Of a stretch of DNA of 64,000 nt, positions 11,825 to 21,755 are shown piece by piece. How positions within the stretch are numbered: the stretch's first letter is position 1; the number at the start of each line of letters is the position of its first letter. The position numbers were made by a program, and so were the translations under genes. The notes beneath the pieces were generated by a model. The model saw nothing but the letters and a program-made list of their open reading frames with translations. It was not told the DNA's origin and made no database searches. Origin of the DNA: an uncultured bacterium (GTDB lineage: Bacteria; Chloroflexota; UBA5177; JANWHV01); contig CAWHAE010000009.1 in assembly GCA_963827235.1 (NCBI GenBank), positions 384,001 to 448,000 of the forward strand, given 5' to 3'.

Positions 11825-12036
11825 GCCAATCCCTGTTCCGGATCCCAACCCAGGTGCAGTGCCTTGGACTCAAGATAACGATCGATGAGAGACAGGAGCG
11901 CGCTCTCCAGGACGCCATGCATTCCCTTAGGTGGCGGTATTTCCCGTATCGCTCCCCGCACATATTCATGCAGGTTCCCGTTGTCGGGTAACGCCAGGAA
12001 CTCTTCGAAGCTGTGGTGTCTTCGCTCTGCGACCAT
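11825..12036 (-). pseudogene. N-terminal part of Uma2-family endonuclease, fused in frame to comM fragment
   Basis: [41 protein letters not shown] resembles the Uma2 N-terminus; the catalytic PD-(D/E)xK half is absent. Confidence 0.7.
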
Positions 12037-12141
12037 GCCTATCCCTCGCGCTACAAGCACAGTGTCCGCGTCCCGTATCACCTTGGACCTGTACAGAAGC
12101 GCGCAAATGTGCTGGACTGGAACAGGCAACGAGTGGGATAA

Positions 12142-13659
12142 CTACACTTGCTTCCGCGCCCGATACTGCAGCGCCTCGGCGGCGTGAATGGCAGCGATCG
12201 TCTCCGCACCCGCCAGGTCCGCGATCGTCCGCGCCAGCTTCAGCGTGCGGTGGTAGGCTCGGGCACTCAGGTGCAGCTGCTGCATGGCCGATTTCAGCAG
12301 CCCCTGCGCGCTTGCCTCCGTCAGGCAGTACTTGCGCACCTCGCTCGGCCCCATGTCCGCGTTCGCGATCAGGCCTGTCCCGGCAAAGCGCACCTGCTGC
12401 CGTTCCCGCGCCGCCTGCACCCGCGCCCGCACCGCATGGGACGGCTCGCCCTGGCTCTCGCCCGTCAGCTTCTCGTACTGCACTCGCGGCACTTCCACGT
12501 GGATGTCGATGCGGTCCACCAGCGGCCCCGACAGCCGGTGCTGGTACTTCGCTATCGCCCCCGGCGAGCACGTGCACTCCCGCACGCTGTCCCCGGCATA
12601 GCCGCACGGGCACGGGTTCATCGCCCCCACCAGCATGAACTTGGCTGGAAAGGTCACCGAGCCATTCACCCGGCTGATCGTCACCGTGCCGTCCTCCAGC
12701 GGCTGCCGCAGCACTTCCAGCCCCGCCTGGCCGAACTCCGGCAGCTCGTCCAGGAACAGCACCCCCCGGTGCGCCAGCGAGATCTCGCCCGGGCGCGGCC
12801 AGCGCCCGCCGCCCACCAACCCCGCGTTGCTGATCGTGTAGTGCGGCGCCCGGAACGGTCGCTCACGCACCATCGGCTGGTCCGGCGAGAGCATACCAGC
12901 CACCGAGAAGATCTTCGTCGCTTCCAGACTCTCCTCCGGCGTCATGCGCGGCAGGATCCCGGGCAGCGCGCGGGCAAGTAGCGTCTTGCCCGCGCCCGGC
13001 GATCCACTCATCAGCACGTTGTGCCCGCCGGCCGCAGCGACCTCCAGCGCCCGCTTCACGTGCTCCTGCCCGCGCACCGCGGAGAAGTCCACCGCCGACG
13101 TCGGTTCCACGTCCAGGTCCAGCCCCATCGGCTGCGCGGGTGCGATCGGCCTGTCACCGCGCAGATGCCCGACCAGCGCCGCCAGGTTCTCCCCCGGGAT
13201 GATCGTCATGCCTTCGACCAGCGCCGCCTCCGCAGCGTCGACCGCCGGCACGAACACCGTGCTGATCCCATGGTCCCGCGCCAGGGCCACCATGGGCAGG
13301 ATGCCGTTGGTGTGCCGCAGGGCCCCATCCAGCCCCAGCTCCCCCAGGAACAGGCACCCCGTGTCGTCGAATACGATCTGCTCACCCGCGCGCAGCACGC
13401 CCACTGCCATCGGCAGGTCGTACGATGGGCCTTCCTTGCGAATGTCTGCCGGCGCCAGGTTGACTGTGATGCGCTTGAGGGGGAAGCTGAGCCCGGAGTT
13501 GCGGATGGCGGCGCGCACGCGCTCCTTGGCCTCGTTGACCGCCGCGTCGGGCAGTCCCACGATGGTGAAGGCGGGCAGCCCGTTGGCCAGGTCTACTTCC
13601 ACCTGCACGAGGGCGCCGTCTAGGCCGACCACCGCGCATGACTGCACCATCGCCAGCAT
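12142..13659 (-). CDS. comM: ComM/YifB Mg-chelatase-like AAA+ ATPase (competence helicase)
   Basis: IVGLPDAAVNEAKERVRAA, VNLAPAD, GSPGAGKT (Walker A), [34 protein letters not shown] and LSARAYHR..ARTIADL motifs. Confidence 0.96.
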   Translation of the reverse strand: MLAMVQSCAVVGLDGALVQVEVDLANGLPAFTIVGLPDAAVNEAKERVRAAIRNSGLSFPLKRITVNLAPADIRKEGPSYDLPMAVGVLRAGEQIVFDDTGCLFLGELGLDGALRHTNGILPMVALARDHGISTVFVPAVDAAEAALVEGMTIIPGENLAALVGHLRGDRPIAPAQPMGLDLDVEPTSAVDFSAVRGQEHVKRALEVAAAGGHNVLMSGSPGAGKTLLARALPGILPRMTPEESLEATKIFSVAGMLSPDQPMVRERPFRAPHYTISNAGLVGGGRWPRPGEISLAHRGVLFLDELPEFGQAGLEVLRQPLEDGTVTISRVNGSVTFPAKFMLVGAMNPCPCGYAGDSVRECTCSPGAIAKYQHRLSGPLVDRIDIHVEVPRVQYEKLTGESQGEPSHAVRARVQAARERQQVRFAGTGLIANADMGPSEVRKYCLTEASAQGLLKSAMQQLHLSARAYHRTLKLARTIADLAGAETIAAIHAAEALQYRARKQV

Positions 13660-13881
13660 CGGACCGCTTCCTTCCCGCTACGCCGGAAAGTGTAGCATAG
13701 GGCGTGCGCAGGGAAGGCCGCAGTCGCCGGGAATGCTGTGAAATATCGCAACCGGGATCGTCCGGTCAGGCGGGGCGCCACACCGCCTTGGCGGCGCGAC
13801 CTGGAGTGGGCACGCCGGGGCTTCTCGGTCATATCCAGAGCCCACGCTGCCCGGCAGCGAGAGCAGCCACTCACCCGGGCA

Positions 13882-16053
13882 TCAGAGGGCCTCGATCAGC
13901 AGCAGCTCCGAGGTAAGCGGGCTTTCCAGGCGAATCTCCAGTCCGTCGCGGCGCAGGTCCAGGCCCGTGAGCTCGACGCACTCGCCGGTATTGTCCAGCT
14001 GCACCCGGTAAGCCCGGCCATCGCGCAGGCCGCGTGGTCGATAGCAGTAGCGACCTGGATCGGGCTCGGTCAAGCGGAAGATCCCGGCCACTTCGCTCGA
14101 GCCGTCGGGTGAGGCGTATTCCAGCACGCACCACGGCCGCGGCCGGTCCAAGGGTAGCACGGGCGTGTGGTGATAGACCCTGGCGTCGGGCAGGATCGGG
14201 CGAATGAACTCCTTATAGAGACGTACGGCGTGTGCGATCGTGGCGCGGCGTGGCTCGCCGAGCTGGTCCGGAGACGGCGCGATCCCGCGGAAGATCGGAT
14301 GGGCGAACAGGCAGGAGCGCAGCAGGTAGTCGAGGTCGCCGTACAGGTAATTGTCCGGAAACTCGGTGCCGAAGGTGCGCAGGCAGATCTCCGGCGGCAG
14401 GTGCAGGCTCAGGCCGTTCAGGATCTTGAGCGAACGCGGGGCAGGCATCCAGTCCGAGATCTCGGTGATCTGGAAGTAGCGCAGCATGCCGAGATCCAGC
14501 CGGCCCCCGCCTGAAGCGCAGTTCTCGAAGATCACTCCGGGGAAACGCCGGCGAAGGCGCTCGAATATGCCCCAGATCGCTTCCACGTGACGCCAGATCG
14601 TGTTCTCGAGGAAGCCGTCTCGCAGCCGGTTGCCGCCCTCGTAGACGTGGGTATTGTAGTCCAGGCGAAACACGTCGAGCCCGTATTGCGCGATGATCCG
14701 CACGAGCTCGGCTTCCATCCAGCCGGCGACCGCGGGATTCGCCACGTCTAGGTGCCTTCCTTTCCCCACCGGCTCGCCGTTGCGGGTCAGCACCCAGTCC
14801 GGATGTTCCTTGAGCAGCATGGAACTGGCGCCGATGCTCTCGATTTCGACCCATAGACCGAACAGCAAGCCTTTATCGTGGGCATGCCGGACCAGAGGAT
14901 GGAGATCGTTCGGCAGCCATGCCCCGGCGTACCAATCGCCGACGTTGTCGGCCCAGCGGTTTGGCTCTGGTCCGTACCAGCCGGCATCGATCATGAAGAT
15001 CTCGGCGCCGATCTCGGCGGCCATGTCGATCTCGCGCATGATCCCACCCTCGTCTTCGTGGTCCGAAAGGTAGCCGCGATGGTTGGCTTCGATCAGCTGC
15101 GACTTGCCCGGCAATTGTGCCGGCAGTACGGCGGAACGAATGTGGTCGTGCAGCGCCTGGACACAGCCGTCCAGGTCCGCATGCAAATGCCCTATGTGTA
15201 CCGCCGGGACGCTGACCGTCTCGCCGGCTTCGATCACGCGCAGGGTGGGGTCCGCGGCGAACGGCCCTATCTTGACGAAGAGCCTGGCATAGCGCGCCCG
15301 ATCGTCCTGTTCGACGGTGATCTCGTACCGCCAGTTGCCGCTCCAGGCCAGCTCTCCGATGAAGGTCTCGCCGGTGACCTCGTTTCTGAGCATGAACGAC
15401 GGCCGGCCGTGTCCGGAACGGCCCATCCTGCCCTCGACGACCTTCGTGCCGGCGCGCAACGGCTCCCAGCGGAAGTCGCCCTCTCTGAGAGGGCTCGAAT
15501 CGACGAAGTAGCCCAGGCTGAACACCGATCCCGAGCCGCCCTCGGGCAGGTTCTCGGCGAAATCGCGAATCCACCAGAGCAAGCCGGCAAACGGGGCAAC
15601 GGCCGACAGCGAGACCGGTCGCGCCCCGGTATTGGTCACGCTCAGCCAGCGCTCGAGAAACGGGCTGCCGTCGAAGCGCGTGTGCACTGTCACGCCGGCG
15701 TCGCTCGACTGATGCGCGAGCTCGATCGCCAGGTGGCGCGATCCGGGACGATCTTCGGCGATCTCCCGGCTGGCAACCCATTGCCAGGCGCTCTCGAGCA
15801 GCAGGTTGCCGATGCGCAGATGGAATGCCTCGGTAGGCAGGATGTCGACGATCTCCCGTTCCTGCTCGATGGCCTGCCAGGGCCTGATCGTCCCGTTCGC
15901 CGACCAATATCTGCCGATGAATCGGCCGCTGCTCAGCTCTTCGTCATAGATGGTGAGACCGGATCTGTAGCAGACGCCTGGCGAAGGTGCGGAGCGCAGC
16001 TCAATCGCCGTGTCGGCCTCTTCATTGAGGCGGTTGATAGGCAACCGTGGCAT
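13882..16053 (-). CDS. Alpha-galactosidase, GH36
   Basis: FMIDAGWYG, GDW, FGLWVEIE, FRLDYN, ENCASGGGRLDLGML and ISD motifs; GAAGGAGA RBS before ATG at 16053. Confidence 0.88.
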   Translation of the reverse strand: MPRLPINRLNEEADTAIELRSAPSPGVCYRSGLTIYDEELSSGRFIGRYWSANGTIRPWQAIEQEREIVDILPTEAFHLRIGNLLLESAWQWVASREIAEDRPGSRHLAIELAHQSSDAGVTVHTRFDGSPFLERWLSVTNTGARPVSLSAVAPFAGLLWWIRDFAENLPEGGSGSVFSLGYFVDSSPLREGDFRWEPLRAGTKVVEGRMGRSGHGRPSFMLRNEVTGETFIGELAWSGNWRYEITVEQDDRARYARLFVKIGPFAADPTLRVIEAGETVSVPAVHIGHLHADLDGCVQALHDHIRSAVLPAQLPGKSQLIEANHRGYLSDHEDEGGIMREIDMAAEIGAEIFMIDAGWYGPEPNRWADNVGDWYAGAWLPNDLHPLVRHAHDKGLLFGLWVEIESIGASSMLLKEHPDWVLTRNGEPVGKGRHLDVANPAVAGWMEAELVRIIAQYGLDVFRLDYNTHVYEGGNRLRDGFLENTIWRHVEAIWGIFERLRRRFPGVIFENCASGGGRLDLGMLRYFQITEISDWMPAPRSLKILNGLSLHLPPEICLRTFGTEFPDNYLYGDLDYLLRSCLFAHPIFRGIAPSPDQLGEPRRATIAHAVRLYKEFIRPILPDARVYHHTPVLPLDRPRPWCVLEYASPDGSSEVAGIFRLTEPDPGRYCYRPRGLRDGRAYRVQLDNTGECVELTGLDLRRDGLEIRLESPLTSELLLIEAL

Positions 16054-16366
16054 AATCGTGTCTCCTTCATTCGTGAGCCGCGGTCCAGCGGAGGCGTGTG
16101 CTTCTCTCAGGCACATATCGGGTCGCTTCGCCGCGCGAGGCAGCATGCAGTGCCATGTGTGTTATACCGCTCGCCACCCCGATTGGCCGGCACCAGCGCT
16201 GCCGGATTTGCCGCGTGCCTTACTCATGAATTGGCCGGCCTACGCCGTCCGCGGCCGGGCGATGCGGGCAGCGACAACCGCGGTCGATCTCGCCATGGAG
16301 CGCGTGCGCACGGGCATCGCGCAGCCGCGGGCATCGCGCAGCCGCACCGGCAGGCAGCGGCGCGTC

Positions 16367-17512
16367 TCAGGCCGGCGGGCCGGCGATTTCCTCGGGAAGG
16401 ACGGCCTGACCTGAGCTGCTCGACCGGTATGCGGCCAGCACGATAGCCAGCGTGGCCCGCCCGTCTTCGAGCGTGATCGTGGGCGGCGTGTCGGCCAGGA
16501 TCTGGCCGAGAAAGTGGCGCAGCTCGGCAGCATAGCCCAGCGCCCACCGCTCGTCCGCCAACGGGTAGCTCCAGTTCTGATCGGCACGCGGAATCGCGCC
16601 GAACATCGAGGCGCCGAGCGTGCCGTAGCCGGGCTGGCTATACACCCGGATCGGCGAGTTACGGTAGATATCGAGAAAGATGGTGCCTTTGGTGCCGTAG
16701 ATCTCGGCCCGATCGTCGAATGTCCCCAGCGCGTTGACCAGCGAAGTGTCGACCCAGGCAATCTGACCGCCGCGATGGCGCAGCGTGACGTAGGCTGCAT
16801 CCTCGACGCCATCCTGTTGATGGCTGACCGTGCTCAGCTCGGCATAGACTCGCGTGACCGGCTCGCGGTCGAGCAGATAGCGGATGTACATGATGCAGTG
16901 GCAGCCGGTGCTCATCAGGGCACCGCCACCGCTCTTCGCCTCGTCGAGGTACCACGATCCCAGGGTCTGTCCTTCTCCTCCGGAGGGCGCCCCCGAGTGT
17001 AGGGCACCATAGGCATCTTGCTGCGCCGCCACGCCACCGCCGGAGCTCTCGCAGCAGCGGAGGAACATCACGTCGCCGATACCCCCTGCGTCGATAACCT
17101 CCTTGGCCTGCCGGTAGCACGGACTGAAGCACAGGTTCTCCAGGTACTGCGTGTGCACGCGCGCCGCTCGGGCTGCCGCGATCATGGCATCCGCCTGCTC
17201 GAGGCTCAGGCAGAGCGGCTTCTCTACCGCCACGTGCTTGCCCGCCTGTGCAGCCTCGATCATGACCGGCTCATGCAAGAACGTGGGCGTGGCCACTATC
17301 ACCGCGTCGATGTCCTTGCGCTCGAGCACCCACCTGTAATCGGTATAGGCGCTGGCGCCATAGCGATCGGCCGTCGATCGTGCGCGCTGCTCGTCCAGGT
17401 CACAGACCGCCACGAGCTCCGACTCGGGGATGCCGGCACACCACTGCGCGTGTGTCGGGCCGATCGATCCCAGCCCGATCACGGCTGTTCGCACCCTGCG
17501 GGACATAACCAT
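16367..17512 (-). CDS. Gfo/Idh/MocA family oxidoreductase
   Basis: VIGLGSIG, IDAVIVATP, AGKHVAVEKP and SGGGALMSTGCH motifs. Confidence 0.92.
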   Translation of the reverse strand: MVMSRRVRTAVIGLGSIGPTHAQWCAGIPESELVAVCDLDEQRARSTADRYGASAYTDYRWVLERKDIDAVIVATPTFLHEPVMIEAAQAGKHVAVEKPLCLSLEQADAMIAAARAARVHTQYLENLCFSPCYRQAKEVIDAGGIGDVMFLRCCESSGGGVAAQQDAYGALHSGAPSGGEGQTLGSWYLDEAKSGGGALMSTGCHCIMYIRYLLDREPVTRVYAELSTVSHQQDGVEDAAYVTLRHRGGQIAWVDTSLVNALGTFDDRAEIYGTKGTIFLDIYRNSPIRVYSQPGYGTLGASMFGAIPRADQNWSYPLADERWALGYAAELRHFLGQILADTPPTITLEDGRATLAIVLAAYRSSSSGQAVLPEEIAGPPA

Positions 17513-17563
17513 TGCCTCCTCTGCATTGGGCGCCGCACGGGTCTATGCTTCCCGGCGCGCGGT

Positions 17564-18397
17564 CTATCCCTTGATGGCGCCCAGGGTCAGGCCGCGGATG
17601 ATGAAGCGCTGGACGATCACGAAGAATACGATTTGCGGGCCCGTGGAGACGATCGTCGCCGCTGCCATCAGCGACCAGTCGAAGTTGGCATAGCCCTGGA
17701 AGTTGGCGATCGCCAGAGACACGGTGTTGGCATTGCTGTAGGCCAGGGCAAGCGGAAACAGCAGATTCGTCCACACGGTGATGAAGCTCAGGACGGCGGT
17801 CGCCACGATACCCGGCGCGATGAGCGGTACCACGACACGCCAGAGGAGAGTCGTGGTGCCGCAGCCGTCCATCCGTGCCGCCTCGTCGATCTCGCCGGGA
17901 ACGGACTGAATGTAGCCGACCAGGAGCCAGGTGGTGTAGGGAAGCGTATAGATCTGGAACGCCACGACCAGGCCGAAATCGGTATCGTAGAGGCCGCTCG
18001 TGCGGAACAGCGTGTAGAGCGGGATGAGAAACACCATCTCGGGCAGCATGCGAACCACGATCAGCCATGTGCCGGCCAGTGTGCCTCCCAAGGGTCGCAT
18101 GCGGGCCAGGGAGTAGGCAAACGGGATTCCCAGCACAAGCGTGAGCAGAATGGTGGCCAGGCCGACCACGATCGTGTTCACGAAGTCGTGGGCGAAGGTC
18201 CCTACCGACCAGACGTCGACGTAGTGCTGCCACTGCGGCGCGAAAGTCCAGACCGGCGGAATGGCCATCGAGTCGATCTGTGTCTTGAGCGAGGTCCAGA
18301 TCACCCAGAGTATGGGCGCCAGGAAGAAGGCCGACACGCAGATCAGCAGGAAGTAGGGCACGACACGCCGGCGCACGACCGCGAGTGTGGTATTCAT
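17564..18397 (-). CDS. Carbohydrate ABC transporter permease
   Basis: EIDEAARMDGC EAA loop; six TM segments; C-terminal GLTLGAIKG. Confidence 0.93.
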   Translation of the reverse strand: MNTTLAVVRRRVVPYFLLICVSAFFLAPILWVIWTSLKTQIDSMAIPPVWTFAPQWQHYVDVWSVGTFAHDFVNTIVVGLATILLTLVLGIPFAYSLARMRPLGGTLAGTWLIVVRMLPEMVFLIPLYTLFRTSGLYDTDFGLVVAFQIYTLPYTTWLLVGYIQSVPGEIDEAARMDGCGTTTLLWRVVVPLIAPGIVATAVLSFITVWTNLLFPLALAYSNANTVSLAIANFQGYANFDWSLMAAATIVSTGPQIVFFVIVQRFIIRGLTLGAIKG

Positions 18398-18400
18398 CTG

Positions 18401-19336
18401 CTACACCGCCACTTCCGGCGTGAACCGCAGGTAGAGCACGACCAGGATACCCATGATCAGTGCCAGAACCACCGCGAGTGCCGAAGCATAGCCGATATTG
18501 AGGTAGTTGCCGAGACCTTGGGTGTAGATGTAGAGCTGGCTGACGATGGTCTCGTTGGCCGGACCGCCTGCCGTCGTGCCCCACACCAGCGCGAAGACGC
18601 GCAACAGGTCGACGGCGCGGAACAGAAGGGCGAAGAGGATAAACGGCCTCAGCCAGGGCAGGGCGATATAGCGGAAGGTCTGCAACGCCGAAGCGCCGTC
18701 AATCATGGACATCTCGATCAGATCGCGCGGCAGGCTCTGCAGGCCGGCGAGCAGGATGAGCACGATATTGCCGGTCTGCCACCAGGCGTCGACCACCGCG
18801 AGCGCCGGCATCGCGGCCGTGGGGTCGCCCAGCCAATCCGGGGTCGGCAGGTTTAGGGTGCCCAGCACATAGTTGATGAAGCCCTGCGAGGGATCGAGCA
18901 GCATCTTCCACATCACTGCCGCCACGATGTCGGCGATCATCAGCGGGAAGATGATGGCGGATCGGAAGAGGGTTATCCCGGGCAGGTCGAGATTGAGCAG
19001 GATTGCGCAGAGTAGGCCCAGACCGAATTCGAGCGTGATGGCCATGCCCGAGAACATGAGCGTGTGACCGAGCGAGGACCAGAATAGCGAATCGCTGAGC
19101 AGGTTCTGGTAGTTGCTCAGGCCGATCCAGCGCATGCTGCCCGCCTGGCCATAGCTCCAGTTCCATTGGTGGAAGCTCACGAAGAGGCCGTCGAAAACCG
19201 GGTACAGCGTGATGGCGGCCAGCAGGAGAAACCCCGGAGCAGCGAGCGCGTAGGCAGGCAAGCGCTTTTGTCGCCATGCGCGATGGCGCGCGGACGCAGG
19301 CATCGCGTGTGCGGTTTGGCTCACGGCTTTCGGCAT
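18401..19336 (-). CDS. Carbohydrate ABC transporter permease
   Basis: IGLSNY, LAGLQSLPRDLIEMSMIDGA, GGPANET and GYASALA motifs. Confidence 0.93.
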   Translation of the reverse strand: MPKAVSQTAHAMPASARHRAWRQKRLPAYALAAPGFLLLAAITLYPVFDGLFVSFHQWNWSYGQAGSMRWIGLSNYQNLLSDSLFWSSLGHTLMFSGMAITLEFGLGLLCAILLNLDLPGITLFRSAIIFPLMIADIVAAVMWKMLLDPSQGFINYVLGTLNLPTPDWLGDPTAAMPALAVVDAWWQTGNIVLILLAGLQSLPRDLIEMSMIDGASALQTFRYIALPWLRPFILFALLFRAVDLLRVFALVWGTTAGGPANETIVSQLYIYTQGLGNYLNIGYASALAVVLALIMGILVVLYLRFTPEVAV

Positions 19337-19600
19337 CCTCTCATACCGCCATCGGCCCCTGTACGGTTCAACGCAGCGTCGTCCTTTGCCCGAGCGGACC
19401 GGGACCCGGACCGCCCTCGCGGGTGAAGACCGGAGTCAGGCGATGCCCAGCCATGGGCGCCCCGCCACTCCCGAGGTCGCCGGCAACGTGTGCTTCCGCT
19501 CTCTGCGACGGCGGCACCATGCTCCACCCGCGAGCGATCCGGACATTCTTCCAGAGCCGGCCGGGCATGGCTCTGCCCTACCGGCCGGCCGGTGTTCGGA

Positions 19601-20662
19601 CTACGGCCAAACTGCATCGGGCGCGCCCAGCACACCCTTGCCGAGGAAGATGCGTGCGTCGAGATCGTAGATACCGCGCTCTGCCGCGCCGTACACGGTA
19701 AACGCCTCGAGCGGGCCCAGCAGCGTGAACGGCGAGAGCAGCTCGTGCGGCGTGCCGAGCGCGGCCGCGTCGTAGACCAGGGAGGTGGATCCGCGCGCCT
19801 GCACGAAGCCCAGGACCTGCTCATCCATGGCCCGTGTGTCGCCCGACCCGATCAGGTGCACCATGTACGGCTTCTGGCGGTCCAGCATCTCGCACGGCCC
19901 GTGCCGGAACTCGGCCGGATCGATGAGCGAGCCGTGGATGCGGAGGTTTTCCATGAACACGGTCAGGGCGAACTTGTAGGCCAGTCCCCAGAGCGGCCCG
20001 GAACCGAGCACATACAGCATCGACACGTCGCGCCATTTCTGGGCATCTTGGCGGGCCGCCGCCTCGGTCTGCAGCAGGACGGAGGCAAGGTGTTCCGGCA
20101 GCGCGGGGAGGGCGGAGTCCACGGCCTGCACTTCGGGACCGGCCTGACCGCGCCGGCGAGCAATGGCCACGGCAAGCAGGTAGGAGAGCAAGAGCGGGCA
20201 GGCATAGAGCGCGATGGAGTCGTACGCGATCGCCGCGTCGGCTTCTCGCGCCAGGGTCACGCTCGGCCGCCGCACGAAGGCAAGCGTCGTGGCGCCCCGC
20301 TCTTTGGCGAATCGCAGCGCGGCGACCGTGTCCTGTGTTTCTCCACTATAGGAATGGACGACGACGAGCGAGCCGGGACCCAGCGCCGGGCCGGCATCGC
20401 GAACGAAGGGGAAACCCGAGACCACCTGGCTGGGCAGCGTGGTCCAGCGGTTCAACAAGTAGCTGCCGGAGTAGAGGGCAGCATAGGCGCCGCCGCATGC
20501 CACGAAGAACACGCGCTCGATGGATTCGAGCTTCAGCGAGCCGAATGTAGCGTCGATCTCCTGCCGCCGTTGCAGGAGCCGTCCTATGTCCGAAGCCAGT
20601 ACGGGAGCGGTGAAGAACTCGCTGCCCCGTGCCTGCTGTAGTCTTGCCTCACTGACAACCAC
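19601..20662 (-). CDS. Double-SIS domain protein, fructosamine-6-phosphate deglycase (FrlB/MocD)-like
   Basis: FVACGG, SYSGETQDTV, FMENLRIHG and EFRHGPCEMLD motifs similar to the FrlB family. Confidence 0.78.
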   Translation of the reverse strand: MVVSEARLQQARGSEFFTAPVLASDIGRLLQRRQEIDATFGSLKLESIERVFFVACGGAYAALYSGSYLLNRWTTLPSQVVSGFPFVRDAGPALGPGSLVVVHSYSGETQDTVAALRFAKERGATTLAFVRRPSVTLAREADAAIAYDSIALYACPLLLSYLLAVAIARRRGQAGPEVQAVDSALPALPEHLASVLLQTEAAARQDAQKWRDVSMLYVLGSGPLWGLAYKFALTVFMENLRIHGSLIDPAEFRHGPCEMLDRQKPYMVHLIGSGDTRAMDEQVLGFVQARGSTSLVYDAAALGTPHELLSPFTLLGPLEAFTVYGAAERGIYDLDARIFLGKGVLGAPDAVWP

Positions 20663-20697
20663 CGCGAACTACCTCCTCAGAACCTCTTCGCACAGTG

Positions 20698-20730
20698 ATC
20701 ACATACTGAGCATAACGGATTATATGTGAT
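20698..20730. promoter_or_regulatory. Inverted repeat ATCACATA-N17-TATGTGAT, putative operator of the divergent DeoR regulator
   Basis: Perfect 8-bp inverted repeat in the AT-richer intergenic region between the SIS gene and deoR. Confidence 0.45.
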
Positions 20731-20855
20731 TGTTACTAGCCGGTCAAGGCTACTGAACGTGATCATGGTGTGCGGCGGATTACCGATCCTCCTCAGGAAC
20801 CACCCTACCACTCCCGCCCCGAGTGAGGCTGTATGAAGCTTGTCCGTGATAGGTA

Positions 20856-20884
20856 TTGACCATTTGAGACCGTAATGGTAGGCT
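20856..20884 (+). promoter_or_regulatory. Putative sigma70 promoter for deoR operon
   Basis: TTGACC-17 bp-TAGGCT with TG extended -10. Confidence 0.5.
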
Positions 20885-20896
20885 ATTGGTCAGCAA

Positions 20897-21694
20897 GTGA
20901 CGATGAGAAGATCATCAGAGGAGCGAGTAGTGATCGCTGCGCAGCGCCGGAAGATGATACTGGAAGACCTGGAGAGCGCCGGGAGTCTGCTCGTCGATGC
21001 CACCAGCCGGCGTCTGGATGCTTCCACGGTGACCGTGCGCCGTGACTTTGCTGCTCTTGCGAGGGAGGGGAAAGCAGTACGGGTCCGAGGCGGAATAGTA
21101 TCGGTCAACGATGGCCAGGCGGTCGAGCTTCCCTACAGCGTCAAGCATACGCAGCACCTTCCGGAAAAACGGCGCATAGCCGCGCTGGCTGCCGGTCTCA
21201 TTGAAGAGGATCAGGCCATTATCCTGGATGGCGGCACCACCACGGCGCAGATTGCCGCGCAGTTGCGGACGAAGCGGCACATCTCGATCATCACCACCAA
21301 TCTGCGCGTCATGGTGCTGCTGGCAGAGTCCACCAACCATACGGTCATCGTGCCGAGCGGCATCTTGCGGCCGGGCATGTACGAGCTATTCGGGCCGGAA
21401 ATGGTCGGCTTCTTCCGCACGCTGCACGTCGACTATGCCTTCATCGGCGCGGACGGCATCGATCCGATCCAGGGCGTGATGAGCGCCGGCATAGCCGATC
21501 CTCCGGTGAAGCGCGCCATGATGGCCGCGGCACAGCACACGGTCGTGGTCGCGGACCATGCCAAATTCGGCCACCGTGCTCTCACACAGGTCTGTGACCT
21601 GCGCGACGTGTCGCGACTGATCACCGACACAGGCCTGGAGCCGGACATTGCTCGCGCAATGGCGGAAGCCGGCATCACGATCGACCTCGCCTAG
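20897..21694 (+). CDS. DeoR/GlpR family transcriptional regulator
   Basis: QRRKMILEDL..STVTVRRDF HTH; EKRRIA, ILDGGTTT, ITTNL and ADHAKFG motifs. Confidence 0.93.
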   Translation: MTMRRSSEERVVIAAQRRKMILEDLESAGSLLVDATSRRLDASTVTVRRDFAALAREGKAVRVRGGIVSVNDGQAVELPYSVKHTQHLPEKRRIAALAAGLIEEDQAIILDGGTTTAQIAAQLRTKRHISIITTNLRVMVLLAESTNHTVIVPSGILRPGMYELFGPEMVGFFRTLHVDYAFIGADGIDPIQGVMSAGIADPPVKRAMMAAAQHTVVVADHAKFGHRALTQVCDLRDVSRLITDTGLEPDIARAMAEAGITIDLA

Positions 21695-21755
21695 CCAGCC
21701 CTAGCCCCGCGTGCAGAGACGTCCAGCACGCCAGTTTGCTGAAAAGGAGTCAGAT

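Noticed and set aside
5457-13122. comM repeats as a diversity-generating retroelement template/variable pair
   Set aside because: No reverse transcriptase in the window, and substitutions are few and largely synonymous rather than adenine-specific.
17018-18856. 612-aa + strand ORF and other long antisense ORFs (e.g. 14878-16446, 24494-26302, 32186-33532)
   Set aside because: Shadow ORFs opposite well-supported genes in high-GC DNA; no recognisable motifs.
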